DNA of 64,000 bases from assembly GCA_963755715.1 (NCBI GenBank), contig CAVWLW010000059.1, positions 96,001 to 160,000 on the forward strand. Direction: 5' to 3'. Each line of letters begins with the position of its first letter. The stretch's first letter is position 1. The translations under genes and the position numbers were made by a program. The notes under the pieces are model-generated. The model had not been told where the DNA came from. It saw only the letters and a program-made list of their open reading frames with translations, and made no database searches. The stretch is from an uncultured delta proteobacterium. GTDB taxonomy: Bacteria > Desulfobacterota > Binatia > UBA9968. Of the stretch, positions 10,289-20,615 are shown piece after piece.

Positions 10289-11218
10289 TTAGATATTAAA
10301 CAGCTTCTTGGCATTCAGATAATAGATTTTCTCTTTGTCCGCCTGTGGGATATCGAGCTTGGCCATCGCGTCCAGCGTCATCGGATAGAATTGATCGTCC
10401 CGCCCCGCCCGACCGTGCGGATAATCGGCGCCGAAAAGGATTTGCTCCGCGCCTACCGTGTCATAAACGAGCTTGATGAACTCGGCGCGAATCGGCCCGG
10501 CGGTATCGTAGAAAATTTTCTTGAAGTAGATTTCCGGCTCTTGCCTGCATGCCGGATTGCCTTCGCGCCAGTTGAGCCGGTCGAGATAGAGCAAGATCAT
10601 GCCACCGAGGTGCGAACCGATCATCTTGAGCTTCGGATAACGGTCAAAGATGCCGGCGTAGACGATGCGCGCGATCGCCAGCGTGCTGTCGGTCGGCCAG
10701 AGAATCTTTTGATGCAGCGAATATTTTTCCCAATTTGATTGGCAGGGCGCGTTCGCCGGATGGAGAAAGAGCGGCTTATCTCCCGCCGCAAGCGCATCCC
10801 AAAACGGCATGAACTCAGGCTCGTCGATATATTTTCCCGCAACATTTGTCGGCATCATGATGCCGTGCATATGCAAGTCTTTGTAGCACCGCTCCAATTC
10901 CCGCACGCAATCGTCCACGTTGATCATCGGCAAGCGCGCAAACGCCAGGAAACGCTGCGGATGCTTCGCGTGCGCCTCGGCGAAGGCGTCGTTGAGGATG
11001 CGGCAAAGCTCCACGGCGCGCGCCCGGTCGCCGGCCTTTTCGATCCGTCCGCCGGTGTTGGAAAGCACGCCGATGTCGATGCCGTATTTGTCCATGACAT
11101 CGAGGTATTCGCGATGATCGAAGGCGTGAAAGCCGACGCCGCGCACATCGTTTTGCGCCTCAGGAATCAAGTCCAGAAATTTTCCGGGAAAGGCGTGAAA
11201 GTGAGTATCGATGATCAT
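10289..11218 (-). CDS. Amidohydrolase family 2 (decarboxylase/hydratase-like)
   Basis: IDTHFH, FLHP, SHLGG, YDTA, ILFGADYPH. Confidence 0.88.
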   Translation of the reverse strand: MIIDTHFHAFPGKFLDLIPEAQNDVRGVGFHAFDHREYLDVMDKYGIDIGVLSNTGGRIEKAGDRARAVELCRILNDAFAEAHAKHPQRFLAFARLPMINVDDCVRELERCYKDLHMHGIMMPTNVAGKYIDEPEFMPFWDALAAGDKPLFLHPANAPCQSNWEKYSLHQKILWPTDSTLAIARIVYAGIFDRYPKLKMIGSHLGGMILLYLDRLNWREGNPACRQEPEIYFKKIFYDTAGPIRAEFIKLVYDTVGAEQILFGADYPHGRAGRDDQFYPMTLDAMAKLDIPQADKEKIYYLNAKKLFNI

Positions 11219-11386
11219 GGCTGCTCCCTCTTAAATTTTCGCTTAGGTTCACGCTGATGAGACGGCTGAGACTCACGACACCGTCAGTTTTCCATATGTC
11301 AACGCCGATAACTCGTCAAGGTGCGATCCTCGTCCCATGTTGACAGCTCCGTTCACCCTGTGTTTATTTCGCGGGGAGCATTCTCG

Positions 11387-13018
11387 ATGACTGAGTTCAT
11401 TTCATCCACGCGAGTTCCGGTTCTCATCGCCGGCGCCGGGCCGGTCGGATTATCGTTAGCGATCGAGCTCGCCTACCGCGGCATCCATTGTCTGGTCGTC
11501 GAGCAAACCGACGGCAACGTCGAGTTTCCGACGACGAATCTCGCGAATACGCGAACCGTCGAGCACCTGCGCCGCTGGGGCATCGCCGACAAAATGCGCT
11601 TCGAGTCGGGATACCCGACCGATTACCCGAGAAATTATGTTTTCATCACGCGCATGGATGGCTATGAAATCGCGCGGTTCGACCATCCCGCAAACGGCGA
11701 CCCGGGTGCCCGCTCGCCCTACAGCCCCGAAGGACGGCTTTGGATTTCCAAACCTTACTTCGACCCGGTGCTGCATAAACATGTCGCGACGCTCCCGACT
11801 GTCCAGTTGCGCTACAACACCGGCTTTCGATCGTTCGAGCAAGATGGTCAAAAAGTAAGTTGCCAGATCGTCGAGGAAAAAAGCGGCCGGCAGGAAACGG
11901 TCGAAGCGGACTACCTCGTCGGCTGCGACGGCGGCAGAAGTAACATCCGGCGCGCGCTCGGAATTCAGTACCAAGGAGTTTTTTCCCAGGGGATGAACGT
12001 CGCGGTCCTGTTTCGCTCGCCGTTTCTCAAAGCGATCAGCTACGGCCCCGCCGTCATGTACCAAATTATCAATTCACAAATTAACGGCACCATCGCCGCC
12101 GTCGACGGCAAGGACCTTTGGCGCCTGAACATTCGCAACGTCAAACAAGAACAGATCGATGCCTTGAATGCTCCGGAAAAACTGCGCCATGCTTTGGGCG
12201 AAAATATTCCGTTTGAATTGCTCGACGTGCGCCCGTGGACCGGCCACTGTGTCGTGGCGGAGAAATATCAGGAGCGCCGCATCTTTCTTGCCGGCGACGC
12301 GGCCCATCTGAACTGGCCGACGGGCGGCTTCGGTATGAACACCGGCGTCGGTGATGCCGTCGATATCGGCTGGAAGTTGGCGGCGGTACTAGAGGGTTGG
12401 GGCGGCGCGCATTTGCTTGACAGCTACACACCGGAGCGCAAGCCTATCGCCATGATCAACGTCAACGAGGCGGCGGAAATGCGCGCGAGCTACGACAACC
12501 AAACTCCCTTCTCTGTCCAGATCGAGGAAGATAGCGACGAAGGCAAACAGCTGAGCGCGAAAGCCCGCGCCGCGATCCTGCGCACTCGCGCCAAAGAATT
12601 TCAGCACGACTCCGCCGGTATCGAGCTCGGCTATCGCTACGAGGACTCGCCGATCTGCGTCGCCGACGGCACGCCCGCACCGATGCTCGACCACGGGCTT
12701 TACGTCCCGTCGACTTGGCCAGGGGCACGCGCGCCCCATGTCTGGCTCGAAGACGGTCGCTCGACGCTCGACTTGTTCGGCAAAGGTTTCACGTTACTGA
12801 ACCTGTCGGCCAAAACCACGAACACGAGCACGATCACGGCAGCCGCGCGACGAGTCGCCATGCCGTTTGAAGTTGTCGCGCTCGACGATCCGAAAGTGCG
12901 CGAGACTTACGAGCGCAAATTCGTGCTCGTCCGGCCCGACGGCCACGTCGCCTGGCGCGGCGACGCAATACCGGAAAATACCGCTGAGATCATAGACAAA
13001 GTCCGTGGCGCGGGATAA
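11387..13018 (+). CDS. FAD-dependent monooxygenase (FAD_binding_3, PheA/TfdB/RebC-like) with C-terminal thioredoxin-like domain
   Basis: GAGPVG, YLVGCDGGRS, FLAGDAAH..PTGGFGMNTGVGDA, PGARAPHVWL, LVRPDGHVAWRG. Confidence 0.9.
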   Translation: MTEFISSTRVPVLIAGAGPVGLSLAIELAYRGIHCLVVEQTDGNVEFPTTNLANTRTVEHLRRWGIADKMRFESGYPTDYPRNYVFITRMDGYEIARFDHPANGDPGARSPYSPEGRLWISKPYFDPVLHKHVATLPTVQLRYNTGFRSFEQDGQKVSCQIVEEKSGRQETVEADYLVGCDGGRSNIRRALGIQYQGVFSQGMNVAVLFRSPFLKAISYGPAVMYQIINSQINGTIAAVDGKDLWRLNIRNVKQEQIDALNAPEKLRHALGENIPFELLDVRPWTGHCVVAEKYQERRIFLAGDAAHLNWPTGGFGMNTGVGDAVDIGWKLAAVLEGWGGAHLLDSYTPERKPIAMINVNEAAEMRASYDNQTPFSVQIEEDSDEGKQLSAKARAAILRTRAKEFQHDSAGIELGYRYEDSPICVADGTPAPMLDHGLYVPSTWPGARAPHVWLEDGRSTLDLFGKGFTLLNLSAKTTNTSTITAAARRVAMPFEVVALDDPKVRETYERKFVLVRPDGHVAWRGDAIPENTAEIIDKVRGAG

Positions 13019-13055
13019 AAGACCGCAAACCAATTATCCGCCCTGGAGTTATTTG

Positions 13056-14042
13056 ATGGCCGTTTTGATTAGCGCAATCCTTTTTTTAAGCGCACTGTCC
13101 TCGACTGCGTTCGCCGCGACCAAAGTTTCCTTTCCGTTTACGCCGATCAGCGCTGCCAGCCTGCCGTGGTGGATCGCCAAAGAATCTCGCTACTACGAAA
13201 AATATGGACTCGACGTGGATATGATTTACGTCGGCGCGTCGCCGGTCATTATCCAGGCGATGCTCGGCGGACAAGCCGGCGTTGGCGCAGGCGGCGGACC
13301 GCCTCTCGTTTCCAATATTCTGCAAGGCGGCGACGTGGTTCAGGTCGCGACAACCGTGCCCTACGCGATTCAATCTCTGATCGTGAAACCCGAAATCCGC
13401 ACTCCCGCGGACTTGTCTGGAAAGAAGATCGGCATCAGCCGGCTTGGAGCGATTCCTCACTTCACACTCCAGGCAATCGTCAAACTGCACAACGTCCAGG
13501 GCATCAATATCGTCCAAACCGGCACGACGACCCAAGCGATCACGAGTCTTTCGCAAGGTTTGGTCGACGGCATCATCACGTCCGCGCCTTTCACCTTTCG
13601 CCTGATGAAGGATGGTTATCGCGAGCTGGTGAGCCCAAAGGATTTCAAGAAAGCCGGCGTCGAATTTTTAATTCAGGGCCTGGTCGCGCGTAAATCCTAC
13701 GCCGTAAGGAATCGCGAAGTCGTCATCGGTATGATCAAGGCGACAATGGAAGGAATCAAACAGATCGTTGTCAACGAGAAGCACGCGAAAGCGATTCTGG
13801 CGAAATACACGCGCCAAACCGACCCCGAAATACTGGATCAAACCCACAAGTTCGCCCTCGATATCTTCGTCAAAGATCCCACGGTGACGCCGGCATCGAT
13901 TCAACCGATCGTGCAGCAATCGGCGCAATTCAATCTGGTCGATGCCAAGCTCGCCGGCAACACGCCGATCGGCGCTTACTATGACAACAGCTACGTCGAC
14001 GAGATCAAAAGGTCAGGGTGGTTGGCCGACCTGTGGAGGTGA
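13056..14042 (+). CDS. ABC-type solute-binding protein, NMT1/SsuA/TauA family
   Basis: Signal peptide ending AFA; WIAKE..YYEKYGLDV, DLSGKKIGISRLG, YDNSYVDEI. Confidence 0.85.
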   Translation: MAVLISAILFLSALSSTAFAATKVSFPFTPISAASLPWWIAKESRYYEKYGLDVDMIYVGASPVIIQAMLGGQAGVGAGGGPPLVSNILQGGDVVQVATTVPYAIQSLIVKPEIRTPADLSGKKIGISRLGAIPHFTLQAIVKLHNVQGINIVQTGTTTQAITSLSQGLVDGIITSAPFTFRLMKDGYRELVSPKDFKKAGVEFLIQGLVARKSYAVRNREVVIGMIKATMEGIKQIVVNEKHAKAILAKYTRQTDPEILDQTHKFALDIFVKDPTVTPASIQPIVQQSAQFNLVDAKLAGNTPIGAYYDNSYVDEIKRSGWLADLWR

Positions 14043-14138
14043 TTTGTCGCGCGCTGCGCTCATTCGGTCGATTCCGCTGGAACGGCTGGAGCGTTTGTAG
14101 TAACAAACAATTATCAATCGGTAGGCCAGGAGAACGCC

Positions 14139-15260
14139 ATGAAGAACGGATTCAAAGCGATGGATTCCGACATGCATGTGATGGAGCCCTGCGATCTATG
14201 GCAGAAATACATCGACAAGAAATTCCTCGATCGCGCGCCTATCGGTCTCAACCGCCACAAGCGCGACCTCGGCGTCCAAGTCGATGGCAAGATCATGCCG
14301 CGGCCGACGCCGAAACCTATTCCCGCGCTAAGACCGATCCGCGAACGAATACTCAACGAAAAATATCCCGAGGAAGAAGCGCGCGACTTCGACAACGTGG
14401 CGCAGGTGCGCGCCATGGACAAAGAAGGTCTCGACGTGGCGATTCTCTACCCGAGCCGCGGCTTGTTTGTGCTCGCCGTCGACGGGCTCGATCCGGAATT
14501 GGCCGCTGCCATCGCCAAAGCCTACAATGATTGGATGCACGATTTTTGCAAAGTCGCCCCCAACCGCATGTACGGAGCCGGCATCGTCGCTCCACACGAC
14601 GTCTCATCGGCGGTCGAAGAAACGCGCCGCGTCGTCAAGGAGCTCGGCTTTCGCAGCGTTCTGATGCGGCCGAATCATGTCAACGGCAAGATGTGGAGCG
14701 ATCCGTATTACAATCCGTTGTGGGAAGAATGTCAGAAACTCGATATTCCCGTCGGTTTCCACGAAGCCGGCCGAGTTTTTCTGCCGCAGCCCGCGTTATC
14801 GGAATTCATCCCGAGCTTCGCCATGTTCAATACGCTTTCGTTTCCGATGGCCAACATGTTCGCCTGCGCCGACATGATCTACGGCGGCGTGATGGAGCGA
14901 TTTCCCAAACTCAAGGTCGCCTACCTCGAAGGCAACTGCGCCTGGATTCCGTGGCTGCTCTGGCGCATGGGCGAATACGCGGAGCTGACCGGCATGGCCG
15001 AGCATCCTGAAATGAAACTGGAGCCGCTGGAATATTTTCAGCGCCAGTGCTGGGGCGCGGTGGAATGCGATGAAATAGTCGCGAAGAATATCCCCGACTT
15101 CGGCTTGGAAGACAACATCGTCTTCTCGACGGACTATCCGCACTTAGATGTGAAGTTTCCCCACGCGGTGGAAACTTTTTTGAAGCTGCCGTTCAGCGAT
15201 CAAACCAAACGTAAATATCTGTGGGATAACTGCGCCCGGCTATATGGGTTCGGATATTAA
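14139..15260 (+). CDS. Amidohydrolase family 2 protein
   Basis: MDSDMHVMEP, MDKEGLDVAILYPS, AYNDW, GFHE, YLEGNCAW, FSTDYPHLD. Confidence 0.9.
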   Translation: MKNGFKAMDSDMHVMEPCDLWQKYIDKKFLDRAPIGLNRHKRDLGVQVDGKIMPRPTPKPIPALRPIRERILNEKYPEEEARDFDNVAQVRAMDKEGLDVAILYPSRGLFVLAVDGLDPELAAAIAKAYNDWMHDFCKVAPNRMYGAGIVAPHDVSSAVEETRRVVKELGFRSVLMRPNHVNGKMWSDPYYNPLWEECQKLDIPVGFHEAGRVFLPQPALSEFIPSFAMFNTLSFPMANMFACADMIYGGVMERFPKLKVAYLEGNCAWIPWLLWRMGEYAELTGMAEHPEMKLEPLEYFQRQCWGAVECDEIVAKNIPDFGLEDNIVFSTDYPHLDVKFPHAVETFLKLPFSDQTKRKYLWDNCARLYGFGY

Positions 15261-15763
15261 ACCTGATTCAAGATTTGAGCGTTCAAAAGTTCACGGGCAG
15301 AATTCAGACTACGCTTTCGTGGATTTACTTGAACTTTTGAATCTTTGAACGGATTTTACTTTCCGTACATCGGCAGCTTGCCGCCTTTAATTTTCCTCTG
15401 CGGCTCCCCGCATCTTTAACCAACGCCATGTCTTTCGGCGCAAGGTAGGTGTTAAATGTGCCATCGGCAGGACTGAAACCGATTGACACTGCGCCTGGGT
15501 CTGCGATTCGATGTTGGTAAAAAAATGAGATAAATTTTTGCGGTGGCGGAAGAGGACAAGAGAATCTTTACCTTGCCTCGACAGGCATCCAACCCTTCAA
15601 CAAATGGCCGTTTAATTTTTTCATCGCCGCGATCGTGCCTGTGAAGACGGCGCATGTGTCGGTAGAAAGAATGGCTTTGTCATGGTTGGCACGTACCTAC
15701 AATTTGATCTCAGTGCGCTACCGATCTTGACCGCCCCCCTGCGAAATAGCCTACGAGGAACTT

Positions 15764-16534
15764 ATGGACTTGCATTTGTCGAGACCGATTGTACTGAGAA
15801 CTAACCCGGGCCTCATTAGCCGTCGGCGAGCGCGGCGTCTTTTAATTCCGGAGAGATGTCTTCTCTGTCTGTCTATTTTTCTCGTGCTCATTGCGAATCA
15901 CCGGGCGTGGGGTCAGTCCAGCCAAACACTCAGGATCTATTTAGCTCGCCACGGAGAAACAGACTGGAACGTTGAACGCCGCCTGCAAGGAGGTATCGAT
16001 ACCGCGCTAAATTCGACAGGGCGGAAACAGGCCGCTAAACTTGCAGAGCGGCTCAAAGGAATTCGTCTCGATGCAGTTTACTCCAGTACTCTTAGCCGCA
16101 GCCGAGATACCGCTGAGATCGTGCGCGGTGATATCCCGCTGAAAAGCCTCGCCGGATTGAGCGAACGCAGAATCGGGAAATTTGAGGGCAAAAAGTTAGA
16201 TAAAATTAGTGATCCGGCGACGGCGCTAGAATACCCGAAACGTAGTCGCGATCCCGATGATGAACTTGATGGAGGCGAGTCTTTGAATCAATTCTATGAG
16301 CGGGTTCGCACGACCATCGAATTCATCCGGAGTCAACACAGTTCGGGAGCCATTCTCATCGTCGCCCATGCGATTACGAATCAAATGATTCTCCGAGCGA
16401 TTTTTAATCTGACCCTGCAGCAAGCCATTTCCATCAGGCAGGCCAACGACGAGCTTTACCTGATTGAACTGGATGCCGGAAATGCTCCGCGCTTGTGGAA
16501 ACTGATCACGGAAACGAATCTTGGCGATCTATGA
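15764..16534 (+). CDS. Histidine phosphatase (phosphoglycerate mutase-like) with probable signal peptide
   Basis: YLARHGETDWN, YSSTLSRSRDTA, GGESL, IVAH. Hydrophobic stretch ending AWG before the domain. Confidence 0.85.
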   Translation: MDLHLSRPIVLRTNPGLISRRRARRLLIPERCLLCLSIFLVLIANHRAWGQSSQTLRIYLARHGETDWNVERRLQGGIDTALNSTGRKQAAKLAERLKGIRLDAVYSSTLSRSRDTAEIVRGDIPLKSLAGLSERRIGKFEGKKLDKISDPATALEYPKRSRDPDDELDGGESLNQFYERVRTTIEFIRSQHSSGAILIVAHAITNQMILRAIFNLTLQQAISIRQANDELYLIELDAGNAPRLWKLITETNLGDL

Positions 16535-16654
16535 AGACTTAGAAGCGATCTCGGCACGACGCTTAGTTGACCGAGAGGCCAGGCTACAAGCGCCTGAAAA
16601 AAATTGATTTCGCTATTACAGTTAAATTACACCAGGGTTAGGCGCCCGGGCGAG

Positions 16655-17239
16655 TCAAATGCGCTTATCTCTCACCACCAACCTCTTGGCGAGTTGATAA
16701 AAATCTTCAACGCTCAATGGCAGCCACCAGGCTTTGTTCCTGATTTCCTCCAAATTGTCCGGATGGGATATAAGCGCGGGTTTGTGGAACGGAACCTGTC
16801 CGGGCGAAAGAGCAAGACTCAAAGGATGCTCTCCCATTCTATCTCTAATTTGAATCAATTTATCGCCTCTAAATTCCCTGCCGAAACGTTTCACGCAATT
16901 TCTAATCGCAATATCTTGTATGTGTGTTCTTACCTCGCCACGTTTCCAATAATCCAAGCCCGATTCCACATTGCTCGGATCGTCGTCATATACATTCGAC
17001 GCGATTTCCAGTAAATACTCTAAAAGCTCGGACCGCTTCTTGAAATATTCGAAATAGGCATCTTCATAGAGATGGCAGGCTTCCTCATATTCAAGATAAT
17101 TACCGCCTACGAGCCAAATAGATCGCCAATTTTCCTTGCCAAATTTAGCGTCCCGCTCCGCCCAAAGCTCATTGCGGCGCTTGCCGATGTATCCCGGCGA
17201 ATTATTGTCAAACAAAGTCCACTTGTCTTGGCTCAACAT
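16655..17239 (-). CDS. Hypothetical protein, lower GC than flanks
   Basis: Uninterrupted ORF with globular, aromatic-rich composition (LYEDAY, THIQDIAIR, SVEDFYQ). Start is 17239 or 17263. Confidence 0.7.
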   Translation of the reverse strand: MLSQDKWTLFDNNSPGYIGKRRNELWAERDAKFGKENWRSIWLVGGNYLEYEEACHLYEDAYFEYFKKRSELLEYLLEIASNVYDDDPSNVESGLDYWKRGEVRTHIQDIAIRNCVKRFGREFRGDKLIQIRDRMGEHPLSLALSPGQVPFHKPALISHPDNLEEIRNKAWWLPLSVEDFYQLAKRLVVRDKRI

Positions 17240-17396
17240 GAGCGTAGCTCTCTGTAGTAACATTTTCGATCACTGCGACCGCGGCTTCTTTACCTGTCGG
17301 CATTCATACGGGGCGACTGATCGAGGCATTGGAGTTAGTTAGAGTGGAGTTTTCATTCAGACAGAAACGTGAACTAGAAACTAGAACTTACTAATC

Positions 17397-18361
17397 CTAT
17401 TGTGTCCTCGCCGCATTGAAGTAGCTCGCGTCATAGTACACCGGCAGCTTGTCGCCTTTGGGGAGCTTGAAGCCGAACTGATTTCGCAGATCCAGGACAA
17501 CCTGCAAGCCCAGCAGATTCAATACACCGGTATTCGATAATTCATCGACGCTCTCCGTCGCCTGATTTCGGATCCAGCTTCAGCTCGGCGCCGACTGTTT
17601 TGATTGCCGCATCGCGATTGGCCGGATCTTTGGCCCAGGCCATGCCTTTCAGCCACGCGCGTAAGATAGGCGAGCAGAGTGTCACGATTCTTCTGCGCCC
17701 ACGCGCGGTTCACTGCGAGCACTGTATTGGGATAATCCGGCAATACTGCTCTCGAATCGCCCATGCGCCGCATCCCCGCGGCGAGCGCCTTGCCATCGAA
17801 CGGCGGATTCAGAACGCCCGCGTAAGTTTCGCCTTTGATCATCGACTCGAGCCGGGCGCCGGTGGCGCCAAGGGCGACCAGCTCATAATCACCTTTCGTC
17901 ATATCCAAACCATTGGCCAGTAGGATGCGTCGGAGCACCAGAGCGAAAGCTGTATCCACCGCGTCGGCGGCGAGCTTTTTTCCCTTCAGGTCGCTCCAGT
18001 TCTGAATCTCCGGTCTAACAAACACCGGCAAAACCGTCTTGTCCGAGATCTGCGCGATCGCAACAATCTCGGCGTCCTCTTTACCGGACCACGCCAGCAC
18101 GTTATCGAAGGCCGTCGACACAATGTCGAACTTGCCTTGGCTCAAACCTCTCATCTGATCCGTCGAGTTCGGCGTCGGCGTCACATCGACTTCCAGTCCT
18201 TCACCAGCAAAATAGCCGTTGACCTTTGCCGCTACAGTGGCCGCGTCCACGCGAAACACGTTCAAGCGGATCTTTCGTAATTCCTTCTGCGCGTACACCG
18301 ATTGCACCGTAAGCAACAGAGCGACAACCATTCCCACTGCGATTCGACTCTTTCGTGTCAT
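17397..18361 (-). CDS. ABC-type solute-binding protein, NMT1/THI5 family; frameshifted near the 3' end
   Basis: Signal peptide; GYFAGEGLEV, DLKGKKLAADA. The tail ...LQVVLDLRNQFGFKLPKGDKLPVYYDASYFNAARTQ* is in another frame and ends at 17397. Confidence 0.8.
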
Positions 18362-18483
18362 GCTTCGCCTCCGCTGGAAACGAATGATGCCGCACCTTAG
18401 TTCAGTTAGGACTTACCTTCAAGGATCAAATGCAACACTAAAAGAGTCGAATGAATTGAGTATGGCGCGCCTCGAATTTCCCT

Positions 18484-19251
18484 CTAGTTTGTCAGCCGGT
18501 CACGCACGCTGCGGCGCGCCCACAGAAGCAGCAGGAGAGACATCCCCAGCGTGTAAGCCAGATCCCAAAATATGATCGCCGAAAACTCGCCGCGGAACGA
18601 TGCGCGCGCCAGGCGCACCGGGTGCAAGAGCGGAAGCGCTTCGGCGACCCAGAGCCAAGCACCGGTCAGCCTTTCCTTCAGCGGGAAAAACACGTCGGAA
18701 AACAAAAACAACGGAGTAAGGAATAGTGTGAAATAAAAGCTGAACATGTCGATATTCGGGATGCGCAGCGAGAAAACCATGCCGATCGCGGCGAAGAGCA
18801 ATCCGGTCATCGGAATCACAAAAATCACCGACAGTGACGATGGCAAAGGCGTGAGCCCGAAAAGCATCAGCACAACGAAGAAACAGCCGCCGTACACACA
18901 GGAGCGCGTCACCGCCCATAAAATTTCGCCGACCAGCACATCGTCCGGCTCGATCGGCGTCGTCAGCATGGCATCGTAGGTCTTTTCAAAAACCAGCCGC
19001 ACGTAAATATTATAAGTCACCTCAAAGCTCGCGCCGTTCATCGCCGCCACGCAGACCAGGCCCGGAGCGATAAATGCAAGATAGCTCGTGCCGCCCATCT
19101 CGGAAATGTACGCACCGACACCTAAGCCGATGGAAAAGAGATAGAAAACCGGCTCGAAGAAGTTGGGCAAGATATTCCACTTCCAGGTTTTCTTGTACAT
19201 GGCGGCATTGCGCCGCCACACCGCCAGCGCGTAGGGCAGAGAAATACTCAC
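18484..19251 (-). CDS. ABC-2 type exporter permease (NodJ-like)
   Basis: FEPVFYLFSIGLG, YLAFIAPG, TYDAMLTTP, PLFLFSDVFFP; about six hydrophobic segments. Confidence 0.88.
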   Translation of the reverse strand: MSISLPYALAVWRRNAAMYKKTWKWNILPNFFEPVFYLFSIGLGVGAYISEMGGTSYLAFIAPGLVCVAAMNGASFEVTYNIYVRLVFEKTYDAMLTTPIEPDDVLVGEILWAVTRSCVYGGCFFVVLMLFGLTPLPSSLSVIFVIPMTGLLFAAIGMVFSLRIPNIDMFSFYFTLFLTPLFLFSDVFFPLKERLTGAWLWVAEALPLLHPVRLARASFRGEFSAIIFWDLAYTLGMSLLLLLWARRSVRDRLTN

Positions 19252-20195
19252 GGGTTGGCCTCCAGGCTGGCTCCGGTGAGAGAGAGAAAGACGTCTTCGA
19301 GATTGGTGGGCCGGACGATGATTGGGCGGCGGTCTCCTTCGTCGTGGCGGCGAATTTGGTCGATTAGATTGGTGGCGTCATCGACGTAAAGCACCAGCCG
19401 CCTGCCGACGCGCAGGCGGCGGCCTGATGCGTAGCCATCGAGCAGCGCCGCTTCTTCGCTCGGCGCACAATCAAACTCCACCGCTTCCGGCGCGAGCCGT
19501 GTCGTAATGAGCTCCGCCGGGGCTCCCGAAGCAATCACTTGGCCCGCCGAAACGATGGCGACTTGATCGCACAGCCGTTGCGCTTCGTCCATATAATGAG
19601 TCGTGATCAAGACGGTAGTGCCCGCTGCGCGCAGTTCTCTGATGCGCGACCACAAAGCCAAACGCACCGCGGGGTCGAGTCCCGTGGTCGGTTCGTCAAG
19701 GATCAAAAGCTCGGGGCCATTGATCAATGAAAGCGCAATGGCCAAACGCCGCTGGAATCCGCCGGAAAGCTGGCGCACAGGAAGGTGGGCATGCGAGCGT
19801 AGCTCAAGAAAGTCGATCAATTCCTCCGCCCGCCGCGAAAGGTCCGGCTCGCGCAGCAAATGATAGCGGCCAAAAACTAAAAGGTTTTCCTTCGTCGACA
19901 ACGATTCGATCAAAACGTTCTGCTGCAAAGTCACGCCGAGCCGCGCACGCACCGCCCGCAGATGTTGACTAATGTCCATGCCGAACACGCGGATCAGGCC
20001 GCTCGTCGCTCGAGTAACGCCGTAGATCATGCGCAGTGTCGTGGTTTTCCCCGCGCCGTTGGGCCCCAGAAGCCCAAAACACACCCGCGCCGGAACCTCG
20101 AGGTCCAGGTGATCCACCGCGGTCCGCTCGCCGAATTTCTTCGAAATCCCGTGCGCTTCGACGATGGGCGGCGCAGATGAAGCTGGCTTGCTCAT
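19248..20195 (-). CDS. ABC exporter ATP-binding protein (NodI-like)
   Basis: GPNGAGKTT, LSGGFQRR, LILDEPTTGLD, TTHYMDEA, LEDVFL. Confidence 0.92.
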   Translation of the reverse strand: MSKPASSAPPIVEAHGISKKFGERTAVDHLDLEVPARVCFGLLGPNGAGKTTTLRMIYGVTRATSGLIRVFGMDISQHLRAVRARLGVTLQQNVLIESLSTKENLLVFGRYHLLREPDLSRRAEELIDFLELRSHAHLPVRQLSGGFQRRLAIALSLINGPELLILDEPTTGLDPAVRLALWSRIRELRAAGTTVLITTHYMDEAQRLCDQVAIVSAGQVIASGAPAELITTRLAPEAVEFDCAPSEEAALLDGYASGRRLRVGRRLVLYVDDATNLIDQIRRHDEGDRRPIIVRPTNLEDVFLSLTGASLEANP

Positions 20196-20411
20196 TTAAT
20201 CTTTTGAATCCAATCGTTGATAACATCTCGTCTGACGACCATGAAAATTTGACTTATTCCAATCGCAACCGCAAGAATCGCATAGCACATTGGGGGCTCT
20301 CTTACAGAATCAAGTTTTTCTCGATGTGAGAAGCCGTTTGCAGAACCCCCGAAGCCGAAGGGGAACAGAACATCTCGCGCAACAGCGCAAACGCTATCGA
20401 ACGAATCCGTT

Positions 20412-20480
20412 TGTCATTTCGAGCGCAGCGAGAAATCCTTCTTCGCGGGATCAGGGTGGGAGCAGCGTTAAGAAGATTTC
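20412..20480. repeat. Truncated REP-like palindrome (TGTCAT...AGCG...GAAATC family)
   Basis: TGTCATTTCGAGCGCAGCGAGAAATCCTTCTT with partial partner AAGAAGATTTC; related to 24217-24300. Confidence 0.45.
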
Positions 20481-20615
20481 AAAGGATCGAAGCGCTAACC
20501 AGCGCGGGAAAAGTCGATCTGGCCGCCTTTTCTGCGGCGAGGGCGCACGCCCAATGACGTTGTTCCAAGAATCGAATTAAATAGCGTCCGAGTCGCGCGG
20601 TGAAAGCGCGCTGCG

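Noticed and set aside
15452-15655. 67-aa ORF in the 15.3-15.7 kb gap
   Set aside because: No recognisable domain or RBS; at most a decayed remnant.
16560-16645. Possible integron attC site (GCCTAAC just after the stop of the hypothetical gene)
   Set aside because: No matching GTTRRRY end or L boxes downstream, and no integrase in the window.
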